This document shows, one piece after another, positions 38,244 to 47,597 of a stretch of DNA of 64,000 nucleotides. The notes below the pieces were generated by a model. The model ran no database searches. It was not told where the DNA came from and saw only the letters and a program-made list of their open reading frames with translations. Numbering within the stretch: the stretch's first letter is position 1; each line of letters begins with the position of its first letter. Made by a program: the position numbers and the translations under genes. The stretch covers positions 288,001 through 352,000 of the forward strand of contig CAXXFV010000023.1 in NCBI GenBank assembly GCA_963674595.2. Direction: 5' to 3'. The DNA comes from a bacterium. Its GTDB lineage: Bacteria; Zhuqueibacterota; Zhuqueibacteria; Residuimicrobiales; Krinioviventaceae.

Positions 38244-40448
38244 ATGAAAAATGTTTTAAATATATTTTTAATTTTTGTTCTGATCCCGTTTATGGTTACA
38301 AGGGGACAGTCTGTCGAAAAAGTTGTTGGCTATGTAATTGATGAAAGCAATGGAATGCCGCTAATCGGTGCCAATGTTGTTGTTCTTGGTACGTCTCAGG
38401 GTGCATCAACGGATATAAACGGTCGTTTCCAAATTTCTAATTTATATAATGGTGAATATTCCATTATTGCGCAATATGTCGGCTATGAATCAATTGTCAA
38501 GTCCGTACAAATCCAGATGGATCGACCGGTGAACATCATGTTCCGGTTAAAGCCGACAGTTGTAAAAGTTGATGATATAGAAATAGTAGCTGAAAGAGCA
38601 GAGCAAACATCTGATCGCATTATTGAAGTAATCCGCCATGAGGATATCCGCCGACTTGGTGCAAAAGATGTCGGTGATGTTTTAAAAACGCTGAATGCTG
38701 TGGAAATTGCAGAAACCGGGGGTTTGGGTAGTAAAAAAACTATTTCTATTCGCGGTAGCAATGCCAACCAGGTGCTGGTTTTACTCGATGATGTCCCCTT
38801 GAATGATCAGATGAGTGGTGAGGTGGATTTGTCTCAAATTCCTGTTGATATGATTGAAAGTATTAAAGTCCACAAGGGCGGCAGTTCTCCGGCATTCGGT
38901 AACGGGGCCATTGCCGGTGTTGTGCAAATTGAAACACGCAAAGTTTTTAAAAAATATATATCCCTTCAGATGCAAACAGGGTCTTTTCAATACCGACAGT
39001 TTAATCCGAGCTTTTCCGGTGTTTACAAGAATTTTGGCTATTATACATCGTTTGGTTATACGGAAAACAAGGGAGATTTTGAATTTTCCTATGAACACGG
39101 AAATGAAACAATTAACGCTGTTCAACAAAATGCAGATTTTATTTCCAGAAATTATTTTTCACGATTTTATTACGATTTAAAAGACAATCGGTTAACTGCC
39201 CATCTGCAATTGTTTAATTCTGAAAGGGGCCTGCCGGGACAAAAACGGCGCTGGTCCATTTGTGCCCGGTCTCATAACGAAAGAAACTTGTATGGTTTTG
39301 ACTTTAATCGAAATAAAAAAGTTTATGCTGTTACTATGAGTTATCGCATTACGGATGAGGAAACCGCTAACGTAAATTTACCTCCGGATACGTTGTCCGC
39401 TGCTTACAAGGGAAACAAGTATAACTATGTTTATAACGTTGAAAATAAACTTTTTATAGCCAAGGTGAAATATTTTCCAAAAAACTGGATTTATCTGACC
39501 ATAGGATTTGATAAAAGCCATTTATCTTATAATGATGAGGATTTTCTTGACTTTATTTCCCCAATTGGTCATGCAAAAGACAAATCCCATTCTTTTTCCA
39601 GCGACCACGAGATTAAGTTTAAACAACCAAAGTTGTTGATGCAGGGACAAATCCATTCCTATATACGTTATGATGAATTTCGTCTCGAAAGTAGAAAAAC
39701 AAGACGTTTTGAACATCAAACGAGTCCGGGTATCGGCGCCAATTTACAATTCGGAAATAAATACAAAGTTTTTTTAAGAGGCAATTTTTCCCGATCATTT
39801 CGGATTCCTACATTTGCAGATTTGTTTTATCAGGACGGGCGTGTAATCGGAAAACATGATTTGCTTCCGGAGAAGGGTAAAAACAAGGAATTTAATTGCG
39901 GGTTTGATATTCAATGGTTTGGAGATTGGACCAGTGAATATGCTGTCTTTCAAAATAAAATTGATGATTTGATCTATTGGACAAAGCAGGCCCATGATAC
40001 CTTTACGCCGGCCAACACCGACGCACAAATTGATGGTTATGAATACAATCTCTCTTACACAAGCCCAAACGAATGGGTTATAATAGATGCCGGTTATACG
40101 CATTTGGAACCACTCAACAAATCAAAGAATATTACACTTTACGACAAAATCATTACGTTTCGGCCGCAGGATACATTCAAGGGTAAAATAGAATGGCATA
40201 TAAAATCATCTTATTTGATTTTACAATATCGTCATATCGGCAAACGCTTTACAACTATAACCAATACTTATGCAGCGCCGGAATATGAGGTTTTTGATCT
40301 TACATCCGGTTTAACAAAAAATTTTCACCATTTCAGTTCAACATGCAGTTTTGCTGTTCTTAATGTTTTTGATGAAGAGTATGAGCTTGTTCAAAATATG
40401 TCCATTCCGGGGCGTCAATGGCGAGTCGGATTAAATTTTAAATTTTAA
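38244..40448 (+). CDS. TonB-dependent receptor, probable B12 importer (BtuB-like)
   Basis: Signal peptide, CarboxypepD-like domain, plug SIRGS.ANQVLVLLD, PTFADLFY, L.PE, terminal Phe; in riboswitch operon. Confidence 0.85.
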   Translation: MKNVLNIFLIFVLIPFMVTRGQSVEKVVGYVIDESNGMPLIGANVVVLGTSQGASTDINGRFQISNLYNGEYSIIAQYVGYESIVKSVQIQMDRPVNIMFRLKPTVVKVDDIEIVAERAEQTSDRIIEVIRHEDIRRLGAKDVGDVLKTLNAVEIAETGGLGSKKTISIRGSNANQVLVLLDDVPLNDQMSGEVDLSQIPVDMIESIKVHKGGSSPAFGNGAIAGVVQIETRKVFKKYISLQMQTGSFQYRQFNPSFSGVYKNFGYYTSFGYTENKGDFEFSYEHGNETINAVQQNADFISRNYFSRFYYDLKDNRLTAHLQLFNSERGLPGQKRRWSICARSHNERNLYGFDFNRNKKVYAVTMSYRITDEETANVNLPPDTLSAAYKGNKYNYVYNVENKLFIAKVKYFPKNWIYLTIGFDKSHLSYNDEDFLDFISPIGHAKDKSHSFSSDHEIKFKQPKLLMQGQIHSYIRYDEFRLESRKTRRFEHQTSPGIGANLQFGNKYKVFLRGNFSRSFRIPTFADLFYQDGRVIGKHDLLPEKGKNKEFNCGFDIQWFGDWTSEYAVFQNKIDDLIYWTKQAHDTFTPANTDAQIDGYEYNLSYTSPNEWVIIDAGYTHLEPLNKSKNITLYDKIITFRPQDTFKGKIEWHIKSSYLILQYRHIGKRFTTITNTYAAPEYEVFDLTSGLTKNFHHFSSTCSFAVLNVFDEEYELVQNMSIPGRQWRVGLNFKF

Positions 40449-40476
40449 AAAAGTAACATAAAACCAAGGAGATACT

Positions 40477-42417
40477 ATGCGGAAAAAGTTTGTTACACTG
40501 TTTACCTTAATTGTTCTTGTTATTTCAAGCGCTTTTACTGTTTGGGCTGAAACTCCCCGAACTATGTATGTGATGAGCAGCGCTTCCCGTTCATTATCAA
40601 AAATGAACATGGAAACCGGCGGCGTTTTACAGGATGTTGTTTTGTTGGGTGAAACCAGCAACCAGGTTTTGGTCAATAATAATAAAATTTATGTTGTCAA
40701 TTCCGGTACGGATGACATTATGATCATTGATGCGGAAAACGACCAGGCTGTGCAGCAAACCATTGCTTTGGACATTGGCAGCAATCCCTGGGCTATGGAT
40801 TTTATCAGCAATGATATGGCTTATGTTAGCAATTTTTTAGATAATTCCGTATCTGTTATTGATTTTTCGACAGGACAGGCAACAAAAAAAATAACTGTCG
40901 GAACAGCACCAGAAGGTGTTTTTGTAATGGCAGATGCGGCTTTGGGAACCAAAGCGTTTATAACAAATACCGGTTATGCCGGTTGGAACCAACCCTACGC
41001 CGGTTCGTCTGTTTCTATTATTAATGTTGCAAACGATTCTGTAACACATACAATTGATATGCCGGTTAATCCTCAGGATATAGCAATTGACAGTTGGGGA
41101 CGTTTACATGTTATGTGTACCGGTGATTACGGCGAAAACACGGGAAAAATAGCCATCCTCAGTATGTATACCGGTGATAACTGGAATGAACCTGGTGTTG
41201 TTGCCACGGTAGATATTGGCGGTCAACCCGGAGATATTGTTGTAACCCCTGACGGAAAGGGATATTGTGTTGCCTGGGGTGATGGTACAAATGGATATTT
41301 GTACGTTTATGATGCCCTGGCCGATACAGTTATCCATGGTGCTGATGACCCAATTTTAATCGGACCTAATGTATCCAATCTTGTTTATGATAACAAAGAA
41401 AATTGTCTTTGGATCCCCTATATGGCGGAATGGGGAGGCGACAGCTATATCCAAAAATTTGATCTGGAAAGTGAATCTGTTGTATGGCAATCGCCATTGG
41501 TTTGTGCAGGCGCTCAGGCTCTTGCTATTCTGGAACCAATTTTGGACACAGATGCATGGGCAGACGGTGTTGTTTCATTTACAGCAGGAGCCGAGTGGAA
41601 CCATTTTGGTGAAAACTTTTTTCCACAAAATGTTCTCGGGCCACCGGACCCAAGCCCGAATATCGGACCATACTCTCCTTCTGCAAAGGCCCAAGAATTG
41701 TTGTCCTTGGGAAACGGTGGGGAAATCGTCCTTGAATTCTCAAATAATGTGATTGAAAACGGAGATGGTGCTGATTTTACTATATTTGAAAATCCGTTTA
41801 TTTCGTACTTTGATGGTTCTGTAAATTGTGAAACAGGTATTGTCTCTGTCAGTCAGGATGGTGAAAACTGGGTACAGTTCCCCTATGACGCTGAAACCTT
41901 GATCGGACTGGCTGGTGTTACACCAACCGGTGATACGCAGAATCCAACTGACCCGGCTGTTTCCGGCGGTGATCAGTTTGATTTGGCTGATGTTGGTTTG
42001 GCATGGGCACGATTCGTTAAAATTACAGACGCCGGTGATCTGGTCGTTGATAGTGGTGATTTTGATCTGGATGCGGTTGTGGCAATAAATTCTGCTAAAG
42101 AACCGACCTCAGTTGAAGATAATGAACATAATGTGCCGGAACAGTTTACCTTGGAGCAAAATTATCCGAATCCTTTTAATGGACAAACCTCAATCGAGTT
42201 TTTATTAAACAAAAACAATCATGTTTCTGTTGAAATTTATAACACAAACGGACAGCTTGTAAAAACGCTCATGAACAAATCCGTACAAGCCGGAGCTCAT
42301 CGCGTAGTATGGGATGGACGTGATAATCAAAACCTTGACGTTGTCAGCGGATTGTATCTCGCTGTTCTGAAAACGCCGGTTAAACAAAAGATGATTAAAA
42401 TGAGTTTTATTAAATAG
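40477..42417 (+). CDS. Secreted YncE/BtuG-like beta-propeller + cell-surface domain + FlgD-like CTD
   Basis: YVTN-like repeats (KIYVVNSG, AYVSNF, VSVID); LSLGNGGEIVLEF..DFTIFEN domain; LEQNYPNPFN CTD. Confidence 0.7.
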   Translation: MRKKFVTLFTLIVLVISSAFTVWAETPRTMYVMSSASRSLSKMNMETGGVLQDVVLLGETSNQVLVNNNKIYVVNSGTDDIMIIDAENDQAVQQTIALDIGSNPWAMDFISNDMAYVSNFLDNSVSVIDFSTGQATKKITVGTAPEGVFVMADAALGTKAFITNTGYAGWNQPYAGSSVSIINVANDSVTHTIDMPVNPQDIAIDSWGRLHVMCTGDYGENTGKIAILSMYTGDNWNEPGVVATVDIGGQPGDIVVTPDGKGYCVAWGDGTNGYLYVYDALADTVIHGADDPILIGPNVSNLVYDNKENCLWIPYMAEWGGDSYIQKFDLESESVVWQSPLVCAGAQALAILEPILDTDAWADGVVSFTAGAEWNHFGENFFPQNVLGPPDPSPNIGPYSPSAKAQELLSLGNGGEIVLEFSNNVIENGDGADFTIFENPFISYFDGSVNCETGIVSVSQDGENWVQFPYDAETLIGLAGVTPTGDTQNPTDPAVSGGDQFDLADVGLAWARFVKITDAGDLVVDSGDFDLDAVVAINSAKEPTSVEDNEHNVPEQFTLEQNYPNPFNGQTSIEFLLNKNNHVSVEIYNTNGQLVKTLMNKSVQAGAHRVVWDGRDNQNLDVVSGLYLAVLKTPVKQKMIKMSFIK

Positions 42418-42429
42418 TTTCTTCTCGTC

Positions 42430-42467
42430 AAAGGCAAGTTCGTTTTGGGTCGGCTTGCCTTTTTTTT
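42430..42467 (+). terminator. Rho-independent terminator of B12 operon
   Basis: AAGGCAAG...CTTGCCTT followed by a T run. Confidence 0.8.
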
Positions 42468-42506
42468 CCCCCCCTGTATTCGATTTCAGGTTTTAACTTT
42501 TAGTTG

Positions 42507-42546
42507 AAAAAAATCCCATCTGCCAAAACAGCAGATGGGATTTTTT
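42507..42546 (-). terminator. Rho-independent terminator of minus-strand TBDR (possibly bidirectional)
   Basis: AAAAAATCCCATCTGC-caaaaca-GCAGATGGGATTTTTT. Confidence 0.85.
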
Positions 42547-42553
42547 ATATGAA

Positions 42554-44896
42554 CTAGAATAAAGTTTGTAAACCAAAGTAAAGTGTCCTTGGGCGAATAG
42601 GACCATAGGTATAAGCCGGGTCCCGGTCCGGACCTTTATCCAGATCGTCCTGATAAGCATTTGTGATATTTCGAACACCAAAATTTAATTTTGTTTCCAT
42701 TCCATGGTTTATCGGTAATTTTATGGTTGCCCCAAGATCGATTTGGAAAAAGCTGTCGCTTTCAATCAGCAATAACTCTGGATCATCCTGGCCTTCTATA
42801 GCCACTTCGTGGGGTAGGTCTGCTTTGCCGATATAATTTCCTCCGATAAACACACTAAAACGGTCAACAGGATCAACCGTAAAACGAATATTTCCAGTTA
42901 AATCCGGTGTACGTAAGAAATTGGTTGTGCCAAAATCTTCATTCGGTGTGTCATACTCGCTCTTTTTATAAGTAAAACCGGCACGGGTCTCCAGTATGGG
43001 GACCGGACGAATTCCCAAATCAAGTTCAACGCCTTTAATTTGAGCGCCATCACTATTGATGCGTTCCCAGTATTCAATAACGCCTTGTTTGGAAACAAAT
43101 GTTTCTGTAAATCCATCATCAAGGGTTGTGTTGAAACCGGTCATTGTAATCATAACCGGAATATGATTGTATATGCCTTTAAATTCAAGTCCGGCAGAAT
43201 AGGAATAACTTTTTTCTTCTTTCAAGTCGTCGGAATTTCTGATGATTCGCTGGTCGCCTTCAATACCGCATAAATGTAAATCTTCATCATAGGTTTGTGG
43301 CGGTTTAAAACCTGTTGTAAAGGCAGCTCTTGCTGTAAATCCTTTACCGATATCGAATTTTCCGTTGACTCTCGGACTCCATATCCAGTTTTTTAACTCA
43401 GAATGTTTGTCGGCTCTTACACCAATAACAAACTCTATTTGCTCATGGCTTCCAAAATGAATATTGTCTTGGAGAAAGATTCCTGTGTTTTTATATGTTT
43501 CGTCAATGTAATACGTTGTTTCTGCTGCAGTTTTATCTTCGAGCTTGTCAAGTGTGTGCTGAAAACCCAGAGTCATCAGTTGACCGGCAAGTCGATAATT
43601 TAACTGGCCTCCGAAAAAATGAAGAGGATTGTTGGTCCTTCCATAAAAAGCCAAAGCATCAAGCTGGTCCTGGTCAGTGTCTCCCCCTAGACCACCAAAA
43701 TACGACTTGCGTTTTTCAATGGAAAAAGAGTAATAGAGTCTGTAATCAAGCAATGAGGAAGGACGATGGTTCCAGCGAATGCTCCCGCCAGACCGCCAGT
43801 GTTCAAGCCATTCAGCAATTTCTGCTTCATGTACAGGTAGATGAAAGTTGTTACCACCACGACGTTCTTCGTGAATACGGTGGAAGGAGGTTACAAATTC
43901 ACCTGTTTTAATAGGTTGATAATACCATTTGAACCCTATGGACTCATTTAACAGTTCACCCAATTCGCTATAGCCGTCTCCATTATGATCATAGGGATTT
44001 CGTTTGCGAAAAGAGCCGAACACATAAGCCCCGGATGTACCTTTTTCATTGACTGTTTCTGCTACAGCACCAACACGCTGGTCCGGTAAACCATTTGATG
44101 AATTGTTCAAATATTTAATTCGTACCTGGTTCATAATGGGTTTACGGGTGATCATATTAATAACGCCGGCAACCGCACCGGCACCGTATAATGAAGAACC
44201 ACCACCTTTAACGATTTCAATTTGGTCAACCATCTCTTCCGGAAAATGTTCCAGACCGTATACACTGGCAAGACTGCTGACAAGCGGATCACCATCAATA
44301 AGAATTTGTGAATACTTGCCGTCCATACCTAAAATACGTACCTGAGAAAAGTTACAGTTTGAACAATTGTTCTCAACACGAACACCCGTCTGAAATTCGA
44401 GTGCTTCAGCCAGGTTACTGGCTTGTTTTTGCTCTATAATATGCCTTGGAATAACTTCGGTGCGTACCGGCATATCTTCTACCAGGTGCGGGGTTGCTGT
44501 ACCGGTTACAACCAGGGCGCCCATTTCAAGGGCTGTCTGCTCCAGCTCAAAATCGACAACAAGTGATTCATTTGCTTTCAGGACAACAGTTTGATGGACC
44601 GTTTGATATCCTATCATTGAAGCTGTTAAATGAATTTTCCCGGATGGTACGGATGTAATAAGATATGCACCTTTGTCATTAGCTGCTGCACCATTTGTTG
44701 TATGATGGATTATAATATTTGCACCGGGTAATGGTTCTTTTGTGTCGGCGTCATATACCGTACCGCTGATTTTTCCTTTAAGATGATTTGCATTGTTACG
44801 CCCTTGATGTCTGCCATGCCTTTGTCCTTCTGCAAATGCAACGCTGCTTATTACAAGTGATAAAAGTAGTATAATATATAAAAATAGTTTTTTCAT
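42554..44896 (-). CDS. TonB-dependent receptor, probable transition-metal importer
   Basis: Signal peptide, His/Arg-rich N-terminus, plug NNCSNCNFSQVRILG, IEIVKGGGSSLYG, DEDLHLC, terminal Phe. Confidence 0.85.
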   Translation of the reverse strand: MKKLFLYIILLLSLVISSVAFAEGQRHGRHQGRNNANHLKGKISGTVYDADTKEPLPGANIIIHHTTNGAAANDKGAYLITSVPSGKIHLTASMIGYQTVHQTVVLKANESLVVDFELEQTALEMGALVVTGTATPHLVEDMPVRTEVIPRHIIEQKQASNLAEALEFQTGVRVENNCSNCNFSQVRILGMDGKYSQILIDGDPLVSSLASVYGLEHFPEEMVDQIEIVKGGGSSLYGAGAVAGVINMITRKPIMNQVRIKYLNNSSNGLPDQRVGAVAETVNEKGTSGAYVFGSFRKRNPYDHNGDGYSELGELLNESIGFKWYYQPIKTGEFVTSFHRIHEERRGGNNFHLPVHEAEIAEWLEHWRSGGSIRWNHRPSSLLDYRLYYSFSIEKRKSYFGGLGGDTDQDQLDALAFYGRTNNPLHFFGGQLNYRLAGQLMTLGFQHTLDKLEDKTAAETTYYIDETYKNTGIFLQDNIHFGSHEQIEFVIGVRADKHSELKNWIWSPRVNGKFDIGKGFTARAAFTTGFKPPQTYDEDLHLCGIEGDQRIIRNSDDLKEEKSYSYSAGLEFKGIYNHIPVMITMTGFNTTLDDGFTETFVSKQGVIEYWERINSDGAQIKGVELDLGIRPVPILETRAGFTYKKSEYDTPNEDFGTTNFLRTPDLTGNIRFTVDPVDRFSVFIGGNYIGKADLPHEVAIEGQDDPELLLIESDSFFQIDLGATIKLPINHGMETKLNFGVRNITNAYQDDLDKGPDRDPAYTYGPIRPRTLYFGLQTLF

Positions 44897-44906
44897 TATT
44901 TATGTT

Positions 44907-44963
44907 CCTCTGGTTTAAATCCTTTTCTTACGTTAATTAATACAAAAAGTGGCTCACCAGAGG
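44907..44963 (-). promoter_or_regulatory. Anti-SD hairpin linking RAPP codons to the TBDR ribosome-binding site
   Basis: On the mRNA, CCUCUGGU (44963-44956) is the exact complement of ACCAGAGG (44914-44907), which contains most of the SD GAGGA. Confidence 0.65.
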
Positions 44964-45308
44964 GGGCGCGCGGGTGTGGTACCTGAAGCATGGATTTATG
45001 CTCAAGTAGTAACATTTATACTTGAAAATTGAAAAGAATAAAATAATAAATAACAGGACTTTAATGCCAATTAAAAGATGAGACATTATATTGGTAATAA
45101 ATTCCCAATAATAAAGTTTGAATTCGGAATGCGTATGTGCTGGTGTTGAATTGTTTGCACCATCCTTTTGAAATGGATGAGCGTGAAAAACAAACTGGTT
45201 ATATATGTTTTTATGAAGATGTCCATTGACAGCATAATTTGACAACAGGGCCAATAACTGTATTAATAGAACAATTGAGAGAAATGATTTTATAAAAATT
45301 GATCTCAT
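44937..45308 (-). CDS. His-rich membrane leader protein with C-terminal RAPP (DUF2946-like putative arrest peptide)
   Basis: Hydrophobic segment - NGHLH..FHAHPF..HTH - TM - TRAPP; stop 40 nt before TBDR start. Confidence 0.75.
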   Translation of the reverse strand: MRSIFIKSFLSIVLLIQLLALLSNYAVNGHLHKNIYNQFVFHAHPFQKDGANNSTPAHTHSEFKLYYWEFITNIMSHLLIGIKVLLFIILFFSIFKYKCYYLSINPCFRYHTRAPPLVSHFLY

Positions 45309-45448
45309 AATTGTACGATTTTTATGATCAGTAAAAAGTTAGCTGGAATATCTATAGCAATAGACTAAAAATATAGAATATTGTTTTTAATGAACATACC
45401 AAGGCTATTTAAGCTGGTAAGAGCATTTATTTATTTTAAGTTGAAATG

Positions 45449-45826
45449 TTAAAAGGAAAAGAATAAAGGGGGACCGCGTAGGCTAAAACATAAAATATAA
45501 GAAGAAGGTGTTAAAGTACGTTGTTTAGCCGAGTATGAACGGTTGATTGTGAGAAAAATAATAAAAAGAATAAATAAAACAATAAAAGCCAAAAGATTTG
45601 TGATAAACTGATAAAAAAGAAACTGGGCTTGTGTATGCGTATGTTTGTTTTGGAAAGGTATTGTTGATCTGTCTTCATGTGAAGAAAACGGATGAGCGTG
45701 AAAAATAACAATACCATTTTCATTTTTGTGAAAATGGCCATTCATAACATTATTGTAACACAACAATAATGTCACGAAAATCATAAATAAAGCTGTTAAT
45801 TTTTTTATGTAATTAAATTGTACCAT
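45449..45826 (-). CDS. Paralogous His-rich membrane leader protein with C-terminal RGPP
   Basis: Hydrophobic segment - NGHFH..FHAHPF..HTH - TM - LRGPP; SD AGAAAGGA. Confidence 0.75.
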   Translation of the reverse strand: MVQFNYIKKLTALFMIFVTLLLCYNNVMNGHFHKNENGIVIFHAHPFSSHEDRSTIPFQNKHTHTQAQFLFYQFITNLLAFIVLFILFIIFLTINRSYSAKQRTLTPSSYILCFSLRGPPLFFSF

Positions 45827-45851
45827 ATTTCCTTTCTATAACGTGATTAGA

Positions 45852-45880
45852 AAGATAAAAATAAACAGAGTGATTGTCAA
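45852..45880 (-). promoter_or_regulatory. Putative sigma70 promoter of RGPP/RAPP-TBDR unit
   Basis: Minus strand TTGACA-17 nt-TATCTT. Confidence 0.6.
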
Positions 45881-46146
45881 TATTTATCTTTCAAGCTCTT
45901 TTGTTTATGTTTAGGGCATTCGTTAAAGTTCAAAAAGAATTTAATGATTTTGTGTTGTGTTTTTTTATGTCTGAATGGGCATTTATCATTTAATAATTAT
46001 AGACATAACATGACTAATTTGTAATATAGTATTTACAATTGCCGGTAGTTCATTAAAAATAGTGATTTAAATGTATATATCGTAATTTATTGTTTTAATT
46101 GTACTTTTCCTTTAAACATTTTTTTTGAAAAAAAATTGGAAAAGAC

Positions 46147-46189
46147 TTGACTTTATTGTCAATCATTTGTATAATTGTAATAACAATTA
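46147..46189 (+). promoter_or_regulatory. Sigma70 promoter with overlapping palindromic operator
   Basis: TTGACT-17 nt-TATAAT; TAATTGT-aata-ACAATTA at 46172-46189. Confidence 0.7.
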
Positions 46190-46206
46190 AAGCGAATGGA
46201 AAGAAT

Positions 46207-47313
46207 ATGAATATTGATAAAAACAGTCCTGTTCCTCAATATTATCAATTAGAGACATGGTTGGAAGAGCAAATTGATCAGGGTATTTTCAGGGAAGATG
46301 AAAAGATACCAACAGAGGAAGAGCTGGCACGTATGACTGGTCTTTCCCGTCCCACCATTAGGCATGCCATTCAGAATTTAGTAAATAAGGGATATTTGTC
46401 CAGAAGGCGCCGGTTAGGTACTTTTGTCAATAAGAAATTTTTAACGTCATCTACGCAAAACATATTAGGAATTCTGGTAAATTTTTATAAAAGTGGATAC
46501 GCCACGGAATTGATCCGGGGAGCTGGAGACGCCTCGGCAAAGGAGAATTATAGCCTTGTTTTATGTAATACCGATGATTCCTATGTTATGGCAGATATGC
46601 ATATAGATAGATTGTTAGAGCAAGGAATTCGGGGCGTTATTTTTGTTCCTACAGCCGCTTCAGATGAAAAGAATATATTACTTGTCCAGAAATTGCTAAG
46701 AAAAGGTGTCAAAGTTATAATAGCAGACCGTCACATTCCCGGTGTCGATATAGATAATGTCATTACGGACAATTTCTGGGGAGCCTATAATATAACCAAC
46801 TATTTAATTTCAAAGGGGCACCACAAGATTGCAATACCAATAACCACCCTGTTTAATACGGCCCGTGAGCGATTGGAAGGTTATAAACAAGCGTTAAAGG
46901 ATGCCAATATATCTATTGATCCTTCATTGATATTTTTAAATAACGAACGTTTTACGGATACATCATATTATGAATATGCGACACTTGTATTTAATACAAG
47001 GAACAAGTTTTCATCTATTTTTGCCAGCGATGACAAAATGGCCCATATTTTTTTCTCGGTTGCACGGCAAATGAATATCCGAATACCGGAGGATATTTCT
47101 CTTGTTGGGTATGATGATCTGCCCTGTTCATCGCCGGAATTTTTCGACTTGACCACCGTGCATCAACCTATTTATGAAATGGGTCAAAAGAGTACAGAGA
47201 TTTTATTAAGTCGTATAAATGGAAATAATGAAAAGACGCAGCAACTTACACTAAAATCATATTTAGCCGAAAGGCGTTCTGTTTTACCTCAAAAATATTA
47301 TAAACGTAAATAA
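46207..47313 (+). CDS. GntR wHTH + LacI-type sensor domain regulator (AraR-like)
   Basis: PQYYQL, IPTEEEL, SRPTIR.A, GTFV; then DNFWGAY, GHHKIA, IPEDISLVGYDD, LTTVHQP. Confidence 0.9.
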   Translation: MNIDKNSPVPQYYQLETWLEEQIDQGIFREDEKIPTEEELARMTGLSRPTIRHAIQNLVNKGYLSRRRRLGTFVNKKFLTSSTQNILGILVNFYKSGYATELIRGAGDASAKENYSLVLCNTDDSYVMADMHIDRLLEQGIRGVIFVPTAASDEKNILLVQKLLRKGVKVIIADRHIPGVDIDNVITDNFWGAYNITNYLISKGHHKIAIPITTLFNTARERLEGYKQALKDANISIDPSLIFLNNERFTDTSYYEYATLVFNTRNKFSSIFASDDKMAHIFFSVARQMNIRIPEDISLVGYDDLPCSSPEFFDLTTVHQPIYEMGQKSTEILLSRINGNNEKTQQLTLKSYLAERRSVLPQKYYKRK

Positions 47314-47597
47314 GTATTTAATATAATATTTTTATAACCTAATCATTGAACTGTTGTTTTTTTGTTAAAAGACAGATTTAAAAATGATTTTCAGATCAAA
47401 CACCTATAGCATTCCTTTTTTTAAATTATTATTTAAGATATTTATATCACAATGATATTTCTTTATGTCGGTGTGGCACTAGAAATTTAATTGGCTAATA
47501 AAAGTTAGAATAGCAATAACACGTTTTTTTTGACAAAAGATTTTATTAACACATATAAGATATTTAACTAATTGATTGATTTGGTAAAGGATTTGTT

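Noticed and set aside
46019-46038. TTGTAA-N8-TTACAA inverted repeat
   Set aside because: Short and in very AT-rich DNA; not distinguishable from chance.
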